From positions 14,508,001 to 14,572,000 of the forward strand of contig CM022668.1 in the NCBI GenBank assembly GCA_012295275.1: a stretch of 64,000 nt of DNA, in the 5' to 3' direction. Shown here in pieces: positions 31,320-44,906 of the stretch. Each line of letters starts with the position of its first letter. Positions within the stretch are counted from its first letter, which is position 1. Source of the DNA: Chrysomallon squamiferum. Its lineage: Eukaryota; Animalia; Mollusca. Made by a program: the position numbers and the translations under genes. The notes below the pieces were generated by a model. It did no database searches, had not been told where the DNA came from, and saw only the letters and a program-made list of their open reading frames with translations.

Positions 31320-32951
31320 TTTATTTGTATTATTTAGTGTGTGTATCTGTCTATGTTGGTACGCTTAATAGTCTAAGACAACAATTTCAAGTAATATATT
31401 TGTTCAAACAAAAACTAATGCAGTGATATATCATACATTTCTCTGCAAGCTTTTTTTGACAATTACACTTGTTTCAGTTTCTATGTAACTAAATTACTCA
31501 TGTATTTATGAAACAGGGAGAGCTCAGCCATTAGAAAAACGTCCGTGTTAAATGTGTTGTATTTTATGCTACATGTGGTTTGTATGCATGCTTGTATGTA
31601 TGTTTGTATGTATGTATGTATGTTCGAAGAAATATATAGATCTACTACTGCTATGACAAAAATACGTTTATTACATCATTACTTTAGTTTAAAACCTGTA
31701 ATGTACACACGAATTCAAAGTATTAATATATGTTATGTCACACTCTGTTTGCTCGTTGTAATTTATTTATGAATGATACTTGATCAGATAGTTAATAAAG
31801 CTGTTAACCAGTAATCGAAAATACATTTTCCTCAGGAACAGAGCTGTTTTGTCAACCTTTATATATAGACACACAAACACACACGAGCATACAAATAAAC
31901 ACACAAACACACACGAACATACAAATAAACACACATAATGCATCCCTTCGTCATATTTTTGGTACTAACATGTGAGAAATACTTTGACCTCATAAACAGA
32001 AGTGACTTGCCAACCATTACACAAAAGAACAAAGATTAGTGTGTTGTGTTTGTCGTCAAGGAGACATGATAAGCTCACTTTGTCCTGAATTGAAATGGTT
32101 TTGTGATTTTTTTACACTCTGTAAAAGATAATGTATGGATTCAAGAAGACGCTTCAAACTTAATTAAATTGTAAATGGTAAATAAAGAAATAAACAAATT
32201 AATTAATTAATGAAAATATTTTACATAGTACAGAAAAAAAAAAGAGTTACTAGTGGAGTTTCCTTTCTTCTTTGTTTTTATTAGGTTAGAAATTTATTTC
32301 ATAATAAATTTCACAGTCAAATATTTACCAACTCTTAAATGACAAGAAATATGACCAGAGATTTTTCACGTTACTAGCACTGATAAGCAGTTTTCGGAGA
32401 AATACATTTTTCCTCGGGAACAGAAGTGTCTTGCCAAACCTTTTATAAACCAACAATAAGTAAACTATATTGACATAATGATATATTAGATAAACAGTAC
32501 TTTACGTGTTGACACGTACCAAATGTCACATAAGAATATGTTTATAAAGAACTAAACAATGTCTTAACTCCACTTATGCACGCTGTATTTTTAGTTATCG
32601 CTCATATAACAAAAAGAAAGGACGAGTTTTTTCTTGTAGTTCTCAAGTGAATCAGGTTTTTATTGATAATGACGTTTTATAATCTTTTGACCTAATTTTC
32701 AAGAGATTTGTATGACTATTATTTCAATTAAAATTGCTTTTATTTATTTATTTATTTATTTATTTGTATGTGTATTTGTTTGTATGTTGTATTTTGTTTA
32801 TTTGTTTATTTTTGTTAGTTTATTTATTTATTTAGTAATTTATTTATTTATTTGTATATATATTTATTCATTTGTATGTTTGTTTATATGTTTGTTTAAC
32901 TATTTATTTTATTTTATTTTATTTCCTTCCATTTCTTCTTACATAATATGG

Positions 32952-32991
<40 letters not shown>

Positions 32992-33011
32992 TAATAATCA
33001 TAATCATAATC

Positions 33012-33043
<32 letters not shown>

Positions 33044-33900
33044 CATAATTAATAAATAAATAAATAAATAAATAATAAAAAAGACTACTTGTTGGGCCAG
33101 ATGTCGGGAAGCTAGACTGAATGTTCGACCGATCGTAACAAGCTGTATTTGGTGATATACGTTTTCCTCAGGAACTGAGATTGTTTGTCAACTCTTGTAT
33201 AAAGCAACAGAGAGTAGTACTCTGCTGTATTTATCGTGAAACGGCTACCACAAACTAATAATGCGCTGAAAAGTCCTAACCGACTTCAGATATGAGATTT
33301 TATTAACGTTGCTTCGTGTAAGATGTTACAAATATTATTAAATTTCAATAAATAAATAAATAGATAGAGAAAGAAATCAATTAAAAACAAAAGTAATAAA
33401 TATAAGATAAGTAAAAGATATTTTAACGTGATCAAAATCTCGTGAAGTTAATCAAAATTAACATGTTTTTAGTGGGTTTTTTTTCTTCTTTTATAGTTTT
33501 GAAACTTATTGGATAATGGTATCTCAAATGCCAGAATTCTTGATTTAATGTTATATTTCTTTAGTTATAAACTAAAATTACTCTGGAATCTCATCTTCAT
33601 TATATAAAAAAGGTTGATCCATACAAATTGCTTTTTTGTGGACCATCATTATAGACTGGATATATTTATAGATATACACAGACAGAAAGGCGGATGCTAC
33701 TCTCTTTCCCTGTTACTGTTGGTTTTATCATCAGCAGTAACGCTATACCCGACAAGCTCTGTGACTTCCTTGGCTGTGGTGCTAAATGGGTAGAAACTAA
33801 ATCGTCCATTGATACATTTCTCCAACATTTCACAACGGTTTTCTGGATTCCTGTTGGTATTGAAGCTTTGTTTCATTGAATATTCAGTTTCACAACTGTC

Positions 33901-34310
33901 ATGGCACGTTGTAAACTGTCAGAGGCTACAATGTGGCAGATTACTGACATAAGAAATGCAGGAATGGCCATCAGCCAAACTGGACGTCAATATGGGTGCA
34001 AAGTTTCCATCATTTCAAGATAGTTGAACAAACACAGGGCTGCCAATGATGTTACAGATCGTCCAAGACTTTGCAGACACCGAAAGACAACAATAAGACA
34101 GGAAACAGCATTGTTGAGTCTTGTTAGACGCCTGCCATGTAACACAAGCACATCTTTATGATAACAGTTGTTATCAGGCAGAGTCTTTTCCTACACGACC
34201 GACAGGAGTAGGCTAAAAGCTGCAGGATACTGGGCCAGAAGACACATCAAGTCTATAAAACTGTCTTCAGGTCACAAAGCCACACAGCTTGTCTGATGTA
34301 ATCAACGTAT
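33901..34310 (+). mobile_element. Tc1-like transposase N-terminal (HTH) relic, copy 1
   Basis: MARCKLSEATMWQI...GMAISQTGRQYGCKVSIISR*...DRPRLCR...RSRLKAAGYWARR; contains stops and no DDE domain. Confidence 0.8.
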
Positions 34311-35100
34311 TCACCTGTAAAACGACTGAATTCAATCTAGAACATCTTACCCAAAGCCCTATTTGGTCTTTTCACCAAGTTAATAAAATTGCAAAATTCA
34401 ATTCAGTTAAAGCTGTTTACCACAGAAATAGTTTTTGATAGCCGTTTGATGACAAATACTGTACAATACTCGTTGTTGCTTGAGATAAGGGTTGCAAGAT
34501 GCAGTGCGGTATTGACACGTGCTAGTGCTTTTAGGCTTCGACATTCTCATTGTGGATCACGTTTAGGAGTAGAAAAAGACCTCTCTCCAGAACAGTTCGT
34601 GAGGAGAAATGACAAGTAAATACGTAAACAAATGTACATGTTTGGAAAAGTTTTATGCATTTCATTTTTAACAATTATGACCAAAAGAAAAACTCAGATT
34701 CCGTTGACCCCACTGGACCCAGGTCCTGATTGTGCCTCAAAATTTCAAATACACCGTTGTATAGTTTCTTTTCTATATAGTTTAACGCACACTTAGCGTC
34801 TCTCGTATAAATTAATTGACATTTGCAGTGCTCACAGCATTAACATTTAGCACTAAAAGATGAAAAAAAAAGCCTTATCAGCTTTAGTGATAACGCAGCG
34901 TTGGCAACATAGGTTTAATCCTGAAGAAGCATATATTTATTGCTGAGGAAAAAACTATTTCTCTGAAAATAGCAATTTACGATAGGCACATTGTTTCCTG
35001 TATCGGTTAACTGCTTTATTAACTGCTTTATTGTGTGTCTATCCCTCTATTTCTCTGTCTGCCCATCTGTGTGTCTGAAAACATATCCATATTGACTCTT

Positions 35101-35200
35101 TAATGATAGTACGACCGAGCTGTTTTAATGATAGTACGTCCGAGCTGTTTTAATGATAGTACGTCCGAGCTGTTTTAATGATAGTACGTCCGAGCTGTTT
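35101..35200. repeat. 25-bp minisatellite x4 (x3 in the duplicate at 42762-42836)
   Basis: taatgatagtacgtccgagctgttt units directly adjacent, with no spacers. Confidence 0.9.
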
Positions 35201-35870
35201 TGCTCCTGTTGACATTCGCCAGCGTCCATCTTCGTGAACTTTACTCTCTCATTTCGTTCAGCTTATTGCAGTAACATTACATATTGAGTAATTAATGAAC
35301 TAGCAAAGAAAATAATATCATCTTATCACAGAATGTTTAATTAGCATAAAGGAAAGAAACACAGTAAATTAAAAAATAACGAAGACTATATGTTTCTAGC
35401 TATGTAAACATTTTTCTAGTTGATGTTTCAACAAACTGATCCAGAATGTTATTAAACTGCAGTTTCCAGAGAACAGACATTCATCAGTGCCACATTACTG
35501 AGCTTTTGAGACTGGATCACAGGTAATTCTTAATACGTTTAAGAGCAGAAAAAAATAATCTCTCCAGAACAGTTTGTATCGACAAGTTCTGCTTTATTTA
35601 AATATTTGTGAAATTATTTATTAATTTATTATTCATTAGTGTCTCCATTTGATTATATCAAACTACTTTCAGTTAATTTTCCGACAGCAACACCTCTTTT
35701 GTTTAGTTTTTGCTCGCTTCATCTCAGAAGGGCCTCCTTCTCCATAATTATTTTTACAATTTTATTATTGGAATGTCCTGATATAAAATATGAACACCAC
35801 CCTTTTTGACGTTCCTAGCACTGAAAAGCAATCCTAGAAATTCATTTTTTCTCAGGAATATTATTATATA

Positions 35871-35923
<53 letters not shown>

Positions 35924-36297
35924 GTTACTGTTTCAGTTTCTAAGTAATTAAATTACTAATGAATTTATGAAACAGAAGGAGTTCAACCATAATAAAAAGT
36001 TCGTGTTAAATGTATTGTATTTTATACTATATGTGGTTTGTATGCATGTTTATCAGTATGTAGTATGTTTTAAGAAACATAAATATCTAATGTTGGTATG
36101 ATAACATAATATGCCTGTTACATCATTATGTTAATTTCATTTTAAAACCCACACCGTACACAATAATTCAAATTATTAATAAATCTTGTGTCACACTCAG
36201 TTTTCTCGTTGTTATTTTCGTTATACATTACACATGATCAGGTAGTTCATAAAACTGTTAACCGATAAACGAAAGTAAGTCATCAGAGATACGAGTT

Positions 36298-36474
36298 TTC
36301 GGGGAAACACGTTTTCCTCAGAAACGCAGCTGTTTTATCAATACTTATATAAAGCACCAACGAGTACTGTATTTGTCGTCCAGAGGCTATCACAAAGTAA
36401 TTCTTTGGTGAACAGCTCGAGGTGAATTTAGTTTTGGGATTTTATTGCTTTGGGAAAAGAAGATATGGCTTCGG
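36298..36474 (+). promoter_or_regulatory. Putative GIMAP promoter and first-exon cassette (intact)
   Basis: TTCGGGGAA 36298-36306, TATATAAA 36346-36353, ATG GCT TCG G 36465-36474, donor GTAAGA. Confidence 0.65.
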
Positions 36475-39129
36475 GTAAGATTTTAAAATCTAATTAAATA
36501 GTAAGAAATAAATAAATTAATTAATAAAAAGTAATTAGATTCAGCAAAATACTTATGTTGATAGAAAGAGTGTTAGTGGAATTTGTTTACTTCTTTCTTA
36601 ATTTTAAAATTAATTTTATTAGTTTCATTATATATATATAAAGCTCATAATGAAACATTTGAAACCTTTTTTCTCTTTTACTTTCTCTTAGTGTTAAATT
36701 TTAATTCTATGTACACGGCAAACGCTTCATGCGCGTCAGTGAAATTGATAGGAATCCTCTTATACGAGAAACGCCAAGGATGCTTTAAACTACATAAAAA
36801 ATAAATTATGAATTAATTTGTGCGAAATTGTATTTTTTTAGTTAGTCAAAACTTCTAATAATAAAATGCAAGATGTACATTTGTTTAAGTATTTGCTTAT
36901 CACTGCTCAATACAAACTCGTCTTTTTCTGCTCTTAAATGCGATTCACTGCGAAAGGTGAAAAGCTCAGTAATTTGGCATTAATGAATGTAGAATAGTTT
37001 TATTCAGGAAATTATATTTTAACAATATTCTGGATCATTCTGCTGAAAGATTAACCGGAAAAATGTTTACGTTCCTAGATACAGATGTAGGTTCTATATT
37101 TCTTTAATTTACAACCCAGTATCGGTATTTTGGTGTTGCTTTTCTTTATGCTGATTACAGGTGCTCTGATAAGATGATATTACTCTCTTTATTACTCCAT
37201 TAATTACTTCATTTGTAATATTATTGCAATAAGTTGAACGAAGGGAGAGTGTAAAATTCGGAATAGGGGCTTTGGCGAATGTCAACAGGCAGAAAGAAAG
37301 CTCGAAATCTAAGGGCCGTACATTGGGTTAATATCTTACTGATAATATCTTACCAACCCTTTTCTCATGCAACAACGAGTACTGTGCTGTATTTGTCGTC
37401 AAGCGGCTCACAGAAATTAATTCTGTAGTGAACAGTCTTAACCGACTTCAGTTTAGGGATTTTTTTAACTTGCGGTAAAAACAAAATAAGGCTTCGGGTA
37501 AGATGGTTGAAATTCAATTAAATTGTAATAAACAAATTTATCAATCAATTATTTAATTAAAAAAAAAATCAGTAAGTATATTCTTAGAATAATATATTAG
37601 ATAAACAGTTATTTGCAAGTGGACACGTTATCAAATGTCACTGAATTTATAAAGAACTAAACAAAATCTTCAGGTCTCATGTAAGAGTCAAACATAAACA
37701 CGAGTTTGTTCTTGTAATTTTCAGCAGATTGGCTGCATGATTGTTTTATTTTATTTTATCTTATCTTATTTTATTTATTTATTTATTATTATCACTATTA
37801 TTATCACTATTATAATGTTCGTTTTTGGTTGTTGTTTTTTTTTACCTTTCTGAGTAATGCATTTTCCTATGAGCAAATGTCAATATTTTGTTATGTCTAA
37901 ATACATATAAGCAAACACACACACACTTGCAATCACACGCATGTATACCACATCCACATACACATACACCCCATACACTACATTTATATGTATGTATGTA
38001 TATATGTATGTATGTATGTATGCATGAATGTATGTATGTATGTATGTATGCATGAATGTATGTATGAATGTATGTACGTACGTATGTAGAAACGTGTTTG
38101 TGAAAATGTCTAAGCCAGATCGGTAATTTTATCTCCAAATCAGACACACACACACACATACACACACACAGACACACACACACACACACACAGACACACA
38201 CACACATACACATAGACATACACACACACATACACACACACAGCCACACACACACATACACACACATGCAGTTACAAAAAAATACACATAATACCTGCTC
38301 TTGGATATATTCTTAGTACTAACACGCTGATTCGGAGTAATACTGTGACCTCATGAACAGAAGTGGCCTCTAAATCACAATAGTAGACAAAAAAGATTAG
38401 TGTGTTGTATTTGTCGTCAAGGAGACATGATAAACTCTCTTTGTACTGAATTGAAATTCATTTTGTGATTTTATTACGCTGTGTAAAAGATAATATATGG
38501 ATTCGACAAGACGTTTCAAATTTAATTAAATTGTAAATAATACAATAAGAAATAAACAAATTAATTAATTAATTAATGAAATATTTTACATAATACAAAA
38601 GAGAGTTATTAATGGAATTTCCTTATTAGTTCTCCTTTGTTTTTTGTTAGGTTTTAAATTTATTCTATAACAAATTTCACAACACTTAAATAACAAACTA
38701 AAAATATGACCAGGGATTTGTCACGTTCCTAACCGTGATAAGCAGCTTGCGGAGAAATATGTTTATACTAAGCAACAGAAGTGTCTTGTCAAACGTTTTA
38801 TAAAGCAACAGTAACTAAAATATATTGACATAATGAGATATCAGATAAACAGATTTTTACATGTTGGCTGACACGTATCAAATGTCACAAATCAATATGT
38901 TTATAAAGAACTAAATAATGTCTTAACTCCACTTACACACGCTGTATTTTGAGTCATCGTTCATGTAAAAAGAACGAGTTCGTTCTTGTAGTTATGAAAT
39001 GAAACAAGTTTACCCTGAAGACGTTTGATAAACTTCTTACCTAATTTTCAACAAACCTGCATAACTATTATTTTAAATTACTACTGTTTTCTACTACCAT
39101 TAAGTTCTTTCTTTCTTTATTTATTTATT

Positions 39130-39198
<69 letters not shown>

Positions 39199-40630
39199 TT
39201 CTTTGTATATGTGTGTGTGCTGGTATGTTTAACAGTTTAATACAACAATTTCAAATAATACATTTGTTCCAATACAGACTTATTTTACAGAATTACACAC
39301 GTTTCAGTTTCTAAGTAACTAAATTACTCATGTATTTCTAAAACACAGGGTGTTCAGCTTTTTACTTGAAATGTGAATTAGAGAAAAGAATATATTTCTT
39401 ATTTAGAATCAGAATATTCATTATTACACTAAGAAATCATTATTTACTTGCTTATCTCCATATGATTAATATTTTAAATAGAGTGAAAATGAGATACCAG
39501 GGAATTTTACAATATTATATTATTACATACACTCGGAATCTGAGCGCATAAACACACACGCAGACACACATATACACACAAATACACGCACGCACATACA
39601 GACATACAGATACGAATAAATATATAAATAATACTTCCTCTTGGTCATATACTTAGTACTAACACGCTGTTTCGGAGAACTACTGTGACCTCATTATACT
39701 AAAGAACAAAGATTGGTGTGTTGTGTTTGTCGTTAAGAAGACATGATAAGCTCACTTTGTCCTGAATTGAAATTAGTTTTGTGATTTTTTTACACTGTGT
39801 AAAAGATAATGTATGGTTTCAAGAAAACTCTTCAAATTTAATTAAATTGTATAATGATAAATAATTAAATAAACAAATTAATTAATTAATGAAAATATTT
39901 TACATAGTACAGAAAAAAAAAAGAGTTACTAGTGGAGTTTCCTTTCTTCTTTGTTTTTATTAGGTTAGAAATTTATTTCATAATAAATTTCACAGTCAAA
40001 TATTTACCAACTCTTAAATGACAAGAAATATGACCAGAGATTTTTCACGTTACTAGCACTGATAAGCAGTTTTCGGAGAAATACATTTTTCCTCGGGAAC
40101 AGAAGTGTCTTGCCAAACCTTTTATAAACCAACAATAAGTAAACTATATTGACATAATGATATATTAGATAAACAGTACTTTACGTGTTGACACGTACCA
40201 AATGTCACAAATCAGTATGTTTATAAAGAACTAAATAATGTCTTAACTCCATTTATGCACGCTGTATTTTTAGTTATCGCTCATATAACAAAAAGAAAGG
40301 ACGAGTTTTTTCTTGTAGTTCTCAAGTGAATCAGGTTTTTATTGATAATGACGTTTTATAATCTTTTGACCTAATTTTCAAGAGATTTGTATGACTATTA
40401 TTTCAATTAAAATTGCTTTTATTTATTTATTTATTTATTTATTTGTATGTGTATTTGTTTGTATGTTGTATTTTGTTTATTTGTTTATTTTTGTTAGTTT
40501 ATTAATTTATTTAGTAATTTATTTATTTATTTGTATATATATTTATTCATTTGTATGTTTGTTTATATGTTTGTTTAACTATTTATTTTATTTTATTTTA
40601 TTTCCTTCCATTTCTTCTTACATAATATGG

Positions 40631-40670
<40 letters not shown>

Positions 40671-41581
40671 TAATAATCATAATCATAATCATAATAATAA
40701 TAATTAATAATAATAATAATAATCATAATTAATAAATAAATAAATAAATAAATAATAAAAAAGACTACTTGTTGGGCCAGATGTCGGGAAGCTAGACTGA
40801 ATGTTCGACCGATCGTAACAAGCTGTATTTGGTGATATACGTTTTCCTCAGGAACTGAGATTGTTTGTCAACTCTTGTATAAAGCAACAGAGAGTAGTAC
40901 TCTGCTGTATTTATCGTGAAACGGCTACCACAAACTAATAATGCGCTGAAAAGTCCTAACCGACTTCAGATATGAGATTTTATTAACGTTGCTTCGTGTA
41001 AGATGTTACAAATATTATTAAATTTCAATAAATAAATAAATAGATAGAGAAAGAAATCAATTAAAAACAAAAGTAATAAATATAAGATAAGTAAAAGATA
41101 TTTTAACATGATCAAAATCTCGTGAAGTTAATCAAAATTAACATGTTTTTAGTGTTTTTTTTTTCTTCTTTTATAGTTTTGAAACTTATTGGATAATGGT
41201 ATCTCAAATGCCAGAATTCTTGATTTAATGTTATATTTCTTTAGTTATAAACTAAAATTACTCTGGAATCTCATCTTCGTTATATAAAAAAGGTTGATCC
41301 ATAAAAATTGCTTTTTTGTGGACAATCATTATAGACTGGATATATTTATAGATATACACAGACAGACAGGCGGATGCTACTCACTTTCCCTGTTACTGTT
41401 GGCTTGATCATCAGCAGTTACGCTATACCCGACAAGCTCTGTGACTTCCTTGGCTGTGGTGCTAAATGGGTAGAAACTAAATCGTCCATTGGTACATTTC
41501 TCCAACATTTCACAACGGTTTTCTGGATTCCTGTTGGTACTGAAGCTTTTGTTTCACTGAATATTCAGTATCACGACTGTC

Positions 41582-41990
41582 ATGGCACGTTGTAAACTGT
41601 CAGAGGCTACAATGTGGCAGATTACCGACATAAGAAATGCAGGAATGGCCATCAGCCAAATTGGACGTCAATATGGGTGCAAAGTTTCCATCATTTCAAG
41701 ACAGTTGAACAAACACAGAGCTCCCAATGATGTTAAAGATCGTCCAAGACTTGGCAGACACCTAAAGGCAACAATAAGAGGACAGAGCATGTTGAGTCTT
41801 GTTAGACGCCTGCCATGTAACACAAGCATATCTTTATGATAACAGTTGTTATCAGGCAGAGTCTTTTCCTACACGACCGACAGGAACAGGCTAAAAGCAG
41901 CAGGATACAGGGCCAGAAGACACGTCAAGTCTATAAAACTGTCTTCAGCTCACAAAGCCACACAGCTTGTCTGAAGTAATCAACGTATTC
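41582..41990 (+). mobile_element. Tc1-like transposase N-terminal (HTH) relic, copy 2
   Basis: GMAISQIGRQYGCKVSIISRQLNKHRAPNDVKDRPRLGR...RNRLKAAGYRARR. Confidence 0.8.
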
Positions 41991-44294
41991 ACCTATAAAA
42001 CGACTGAATTAACTTCTTACCCTATTTGGTCTTTTCACCAAGTTAATAAAATCGCAAAATTCAATTCAGTTAAAGCTGTTTACCACAGAAATAGTTTTTG
42101 ATAGCCGCTTGATGACAAATACTGTACAATACTCGTTGTTGCTTGAGATAAGGGTTGCAAGATGCAGTCCGGTATTAACACGTGCTAGTGCTTTTAGGCT
42201 TCGACATTCTCATTGTGGATCACGTTTAGGAGTAGAAAAAGACCTCACTCCAGAACAGTTCGTGACGAGAAATGACAAGTAAATACGTAAACAAATGTAC
42301 ATGTTTGGAAAAGTTTTATGCATTTCATTTTTGACAATTATGACCAACAGAAAAACTCAGATTCGGTTGAGCCCACTGGACCCAGGTCCTGATTGTGCCT
42401 CAAAATTTCAAATACACCTTCGTATAGTTTCTTTTCTATATAGTTTAACGCACACTTAGCGTCTCTCGTATAAATTAATTGACATTTGCAGTGCTCACAG
42501 CATTAACATTTAGCACTAAAAGATGAAAAAAAGCCTTATCAGCTTTAGTGATAATGCAGCGTTGGCAACATAGGTTTAATCCTGAAGAAACACATATTTA
42601 TTGCTGAGGAAAAAACTATTTCTCTGAAGATAGCAATTTACGATAGGCACATAGTTTCCTGTATCGGTTAACTGCTTTATTAACTGCTTTATTGTGTGTC
42701 TATCCCTCTATTTCTCTGTCTGCCCATCTGTGTGTCTGAAAACATATCCATATTGACTCTTTAATGATAGTACGTCCGAGCTGTTTTAATGATAGTACGT
42801 CCGAGCTGTTTTAATGATAGTACGTCCGAGCTGTTTTGCTCCTGTTGACATTCGCCAGCGTCCTGTCTTCGTGAACTTTACTCTCTCATTTCGTTCAGCT
42901 TATTGCAGTATCATTACATATTGAGTAATCAGTGAACTGGCAAAGAAAATAATATCATCTTATCACAGAACCTTTAATTAGCATAAAGGAAAGAAACACA
43001 GTAAACTAAAAAATAACGAAGACTACATATGTTTCTAGCTATGTAAACATTTTTCTCGTTGATTTTTCAACAAACTGATCGAGAATGTTATTAAACTGCA
43101 GTTTCCAGAGAACAGACGATTCTACATTCATCAGTGCCAAATTACTGAGCTTTTGAGACTGGATCACAGGTAATTCTTAATACGTTTAAGAGCAGAATTA
43201 ATACTTCTCTCCAGAACAGTTTGTATCGAGAAGTGATATAACTAAAAACACAAACAAATCCATATGTTTGGAAAAGGTTCTTGCATTTCATTGTTGACAG
43301 TTTTGACTAATTAAAAAAACTAAAATTTTAGATAAATTGTACGATAATTTATTTGTTATATAGTTTAATACATCCTTACCGTCTGTCGTATGACTTTCAT
43401 TTAAAATTTAATTAAGCTTAAAACGAGTTATTCGACTTATTCGTGTTTTCCCCAAGTTAATAAAATTCCAAAACTGAATTCAGTTAGGACTATTATCAGC
43501 ATAATTAATTTCTGATTGCAGCTTGACTAAAAATAAAACAATGCAAAGATCTCTTCATGTAATGCATTATTCTGTATATATAGTTTACTTAATGTTGCTT
43601 TATAAAAGATTTGCCACACACTTCTGTTCTGATAAAAAAAAAATGTATAGGAACGTGAATAATCCGTGGTGTTCAAATTTTCTATCAGAACATTCCAACT
43701 CTAAAATTTTAAGAATTGTTATTGCAAAGTAAGCCGTACGACTAATTCATTTATTAACATTCTTTGGCAATAAAAAAAGTGTTTGTGAAATCAAAAATAC
43801 ATCGGAAGATCAATTTATGAACGTCAAGTGTATTTTATTTTAATTACATCAATATTTTCTTAATGTACAAGTGTTTGCGGTGTAACGGATTCGTTGTTCG
43901 ACTGGTAGAAGGAACTCTGGGCAGTGCAATGGATGTTACTCTGTTGTATTTGTCGTCAACGGGCTACCAGAAACTAATTTTAAAAACAGATATTAATTTT
44001 CCTTGTTTTTATTTATTATCTTGTTTCCTTTATTTAAATATTGGTTAAATTATTTATATATTTATTATTCATTATTTTCTCCATTTGTTTATATCAAACT
44101 ACTTTCAGTTAATTTTCCAACAGCAACACCTCTTTTGTTTAGTTTTTGCTCGCTTCATCTTAGTAGGGCCTCCTTCTCCATAATTATTTTTACAGTTTTA
44201 TTATTGGAATGTCCTGATATAAAATATGAACACCACCCTTTTTGACGTTCCTAGCACTGAAAAGCAATCCTAGAAATTCATTTTTTCTCAGGAA

Positions 44295-44340
<46 letters not shown>

Positions 44341-44729
44341 GTTGTTGTTGTTGTTGTTGCTGTCTCAGTTTCTAAGTAATTAAATTACTAATGAATTTAT
44401 GAAACAGAAGGAGTTCAACCATAATAAAAAGTTCATGTTAAACGTATTGTATTATATACTATATGTGGTTTGTATGCATGTTTATCAGTATGTAGTATGT
44501 TTGAAGAAACATAAATATCTAATGTTGGTATGAGAACATAACATGTCTGTTACATCATTATGTTAATTTTATTTTAAAACCCACACCGTACACAATAATT
44601 CAAACTATTAATATATCTCGTGTCGCACTCAGTTTGCTCGCTGTTATTTTCGTTATACATTACACATGATCAGGTAGTTCATAAAGCTTTTGACCGATAA
44701 ACGAAAGTGAGTTATCAGAAATACGAGTT

Positions 44730-44906
44730 TTCGGGGAAATACCTTTTCCTCAGGAACGGAGCTGTTTTATCAATACTTATATAAAGCACCAACGAGTACT
44801 GTATTTGTAGTCAAGCGACTATCACAAAGTAATTCTTTGGTGAACAGCTCGAGGTGAATTCAGTTTTGGGATTTTATTGCCTTGGGAAAAGAAGATATGG
44901 CTTCGG
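44730..44906 (+). promoter_or_regulatory. Putative GIMAP promoter and first-exon cassette (intact)
   Basis: TTCGGGGAA 44730, TATATAAA 44778, ATG GCT TCG G 44897-44906, GTAAGA. Confidence 0.65.

Noticed and set aside
33694-33879. Plus-strand 61-73 aa ORF as a small secreted protein
   Set aside because: Its ATG sits at a rearrangement junction, the two copies differ by a frameshift, and there is no splice or promoter support.
35101-35200. CRISPR-like 25-bp repeats
   Set aside because: Units are directly adjacent with no spacers, the context is eukaryotic and there are no cas genes; this is a minisatellite.
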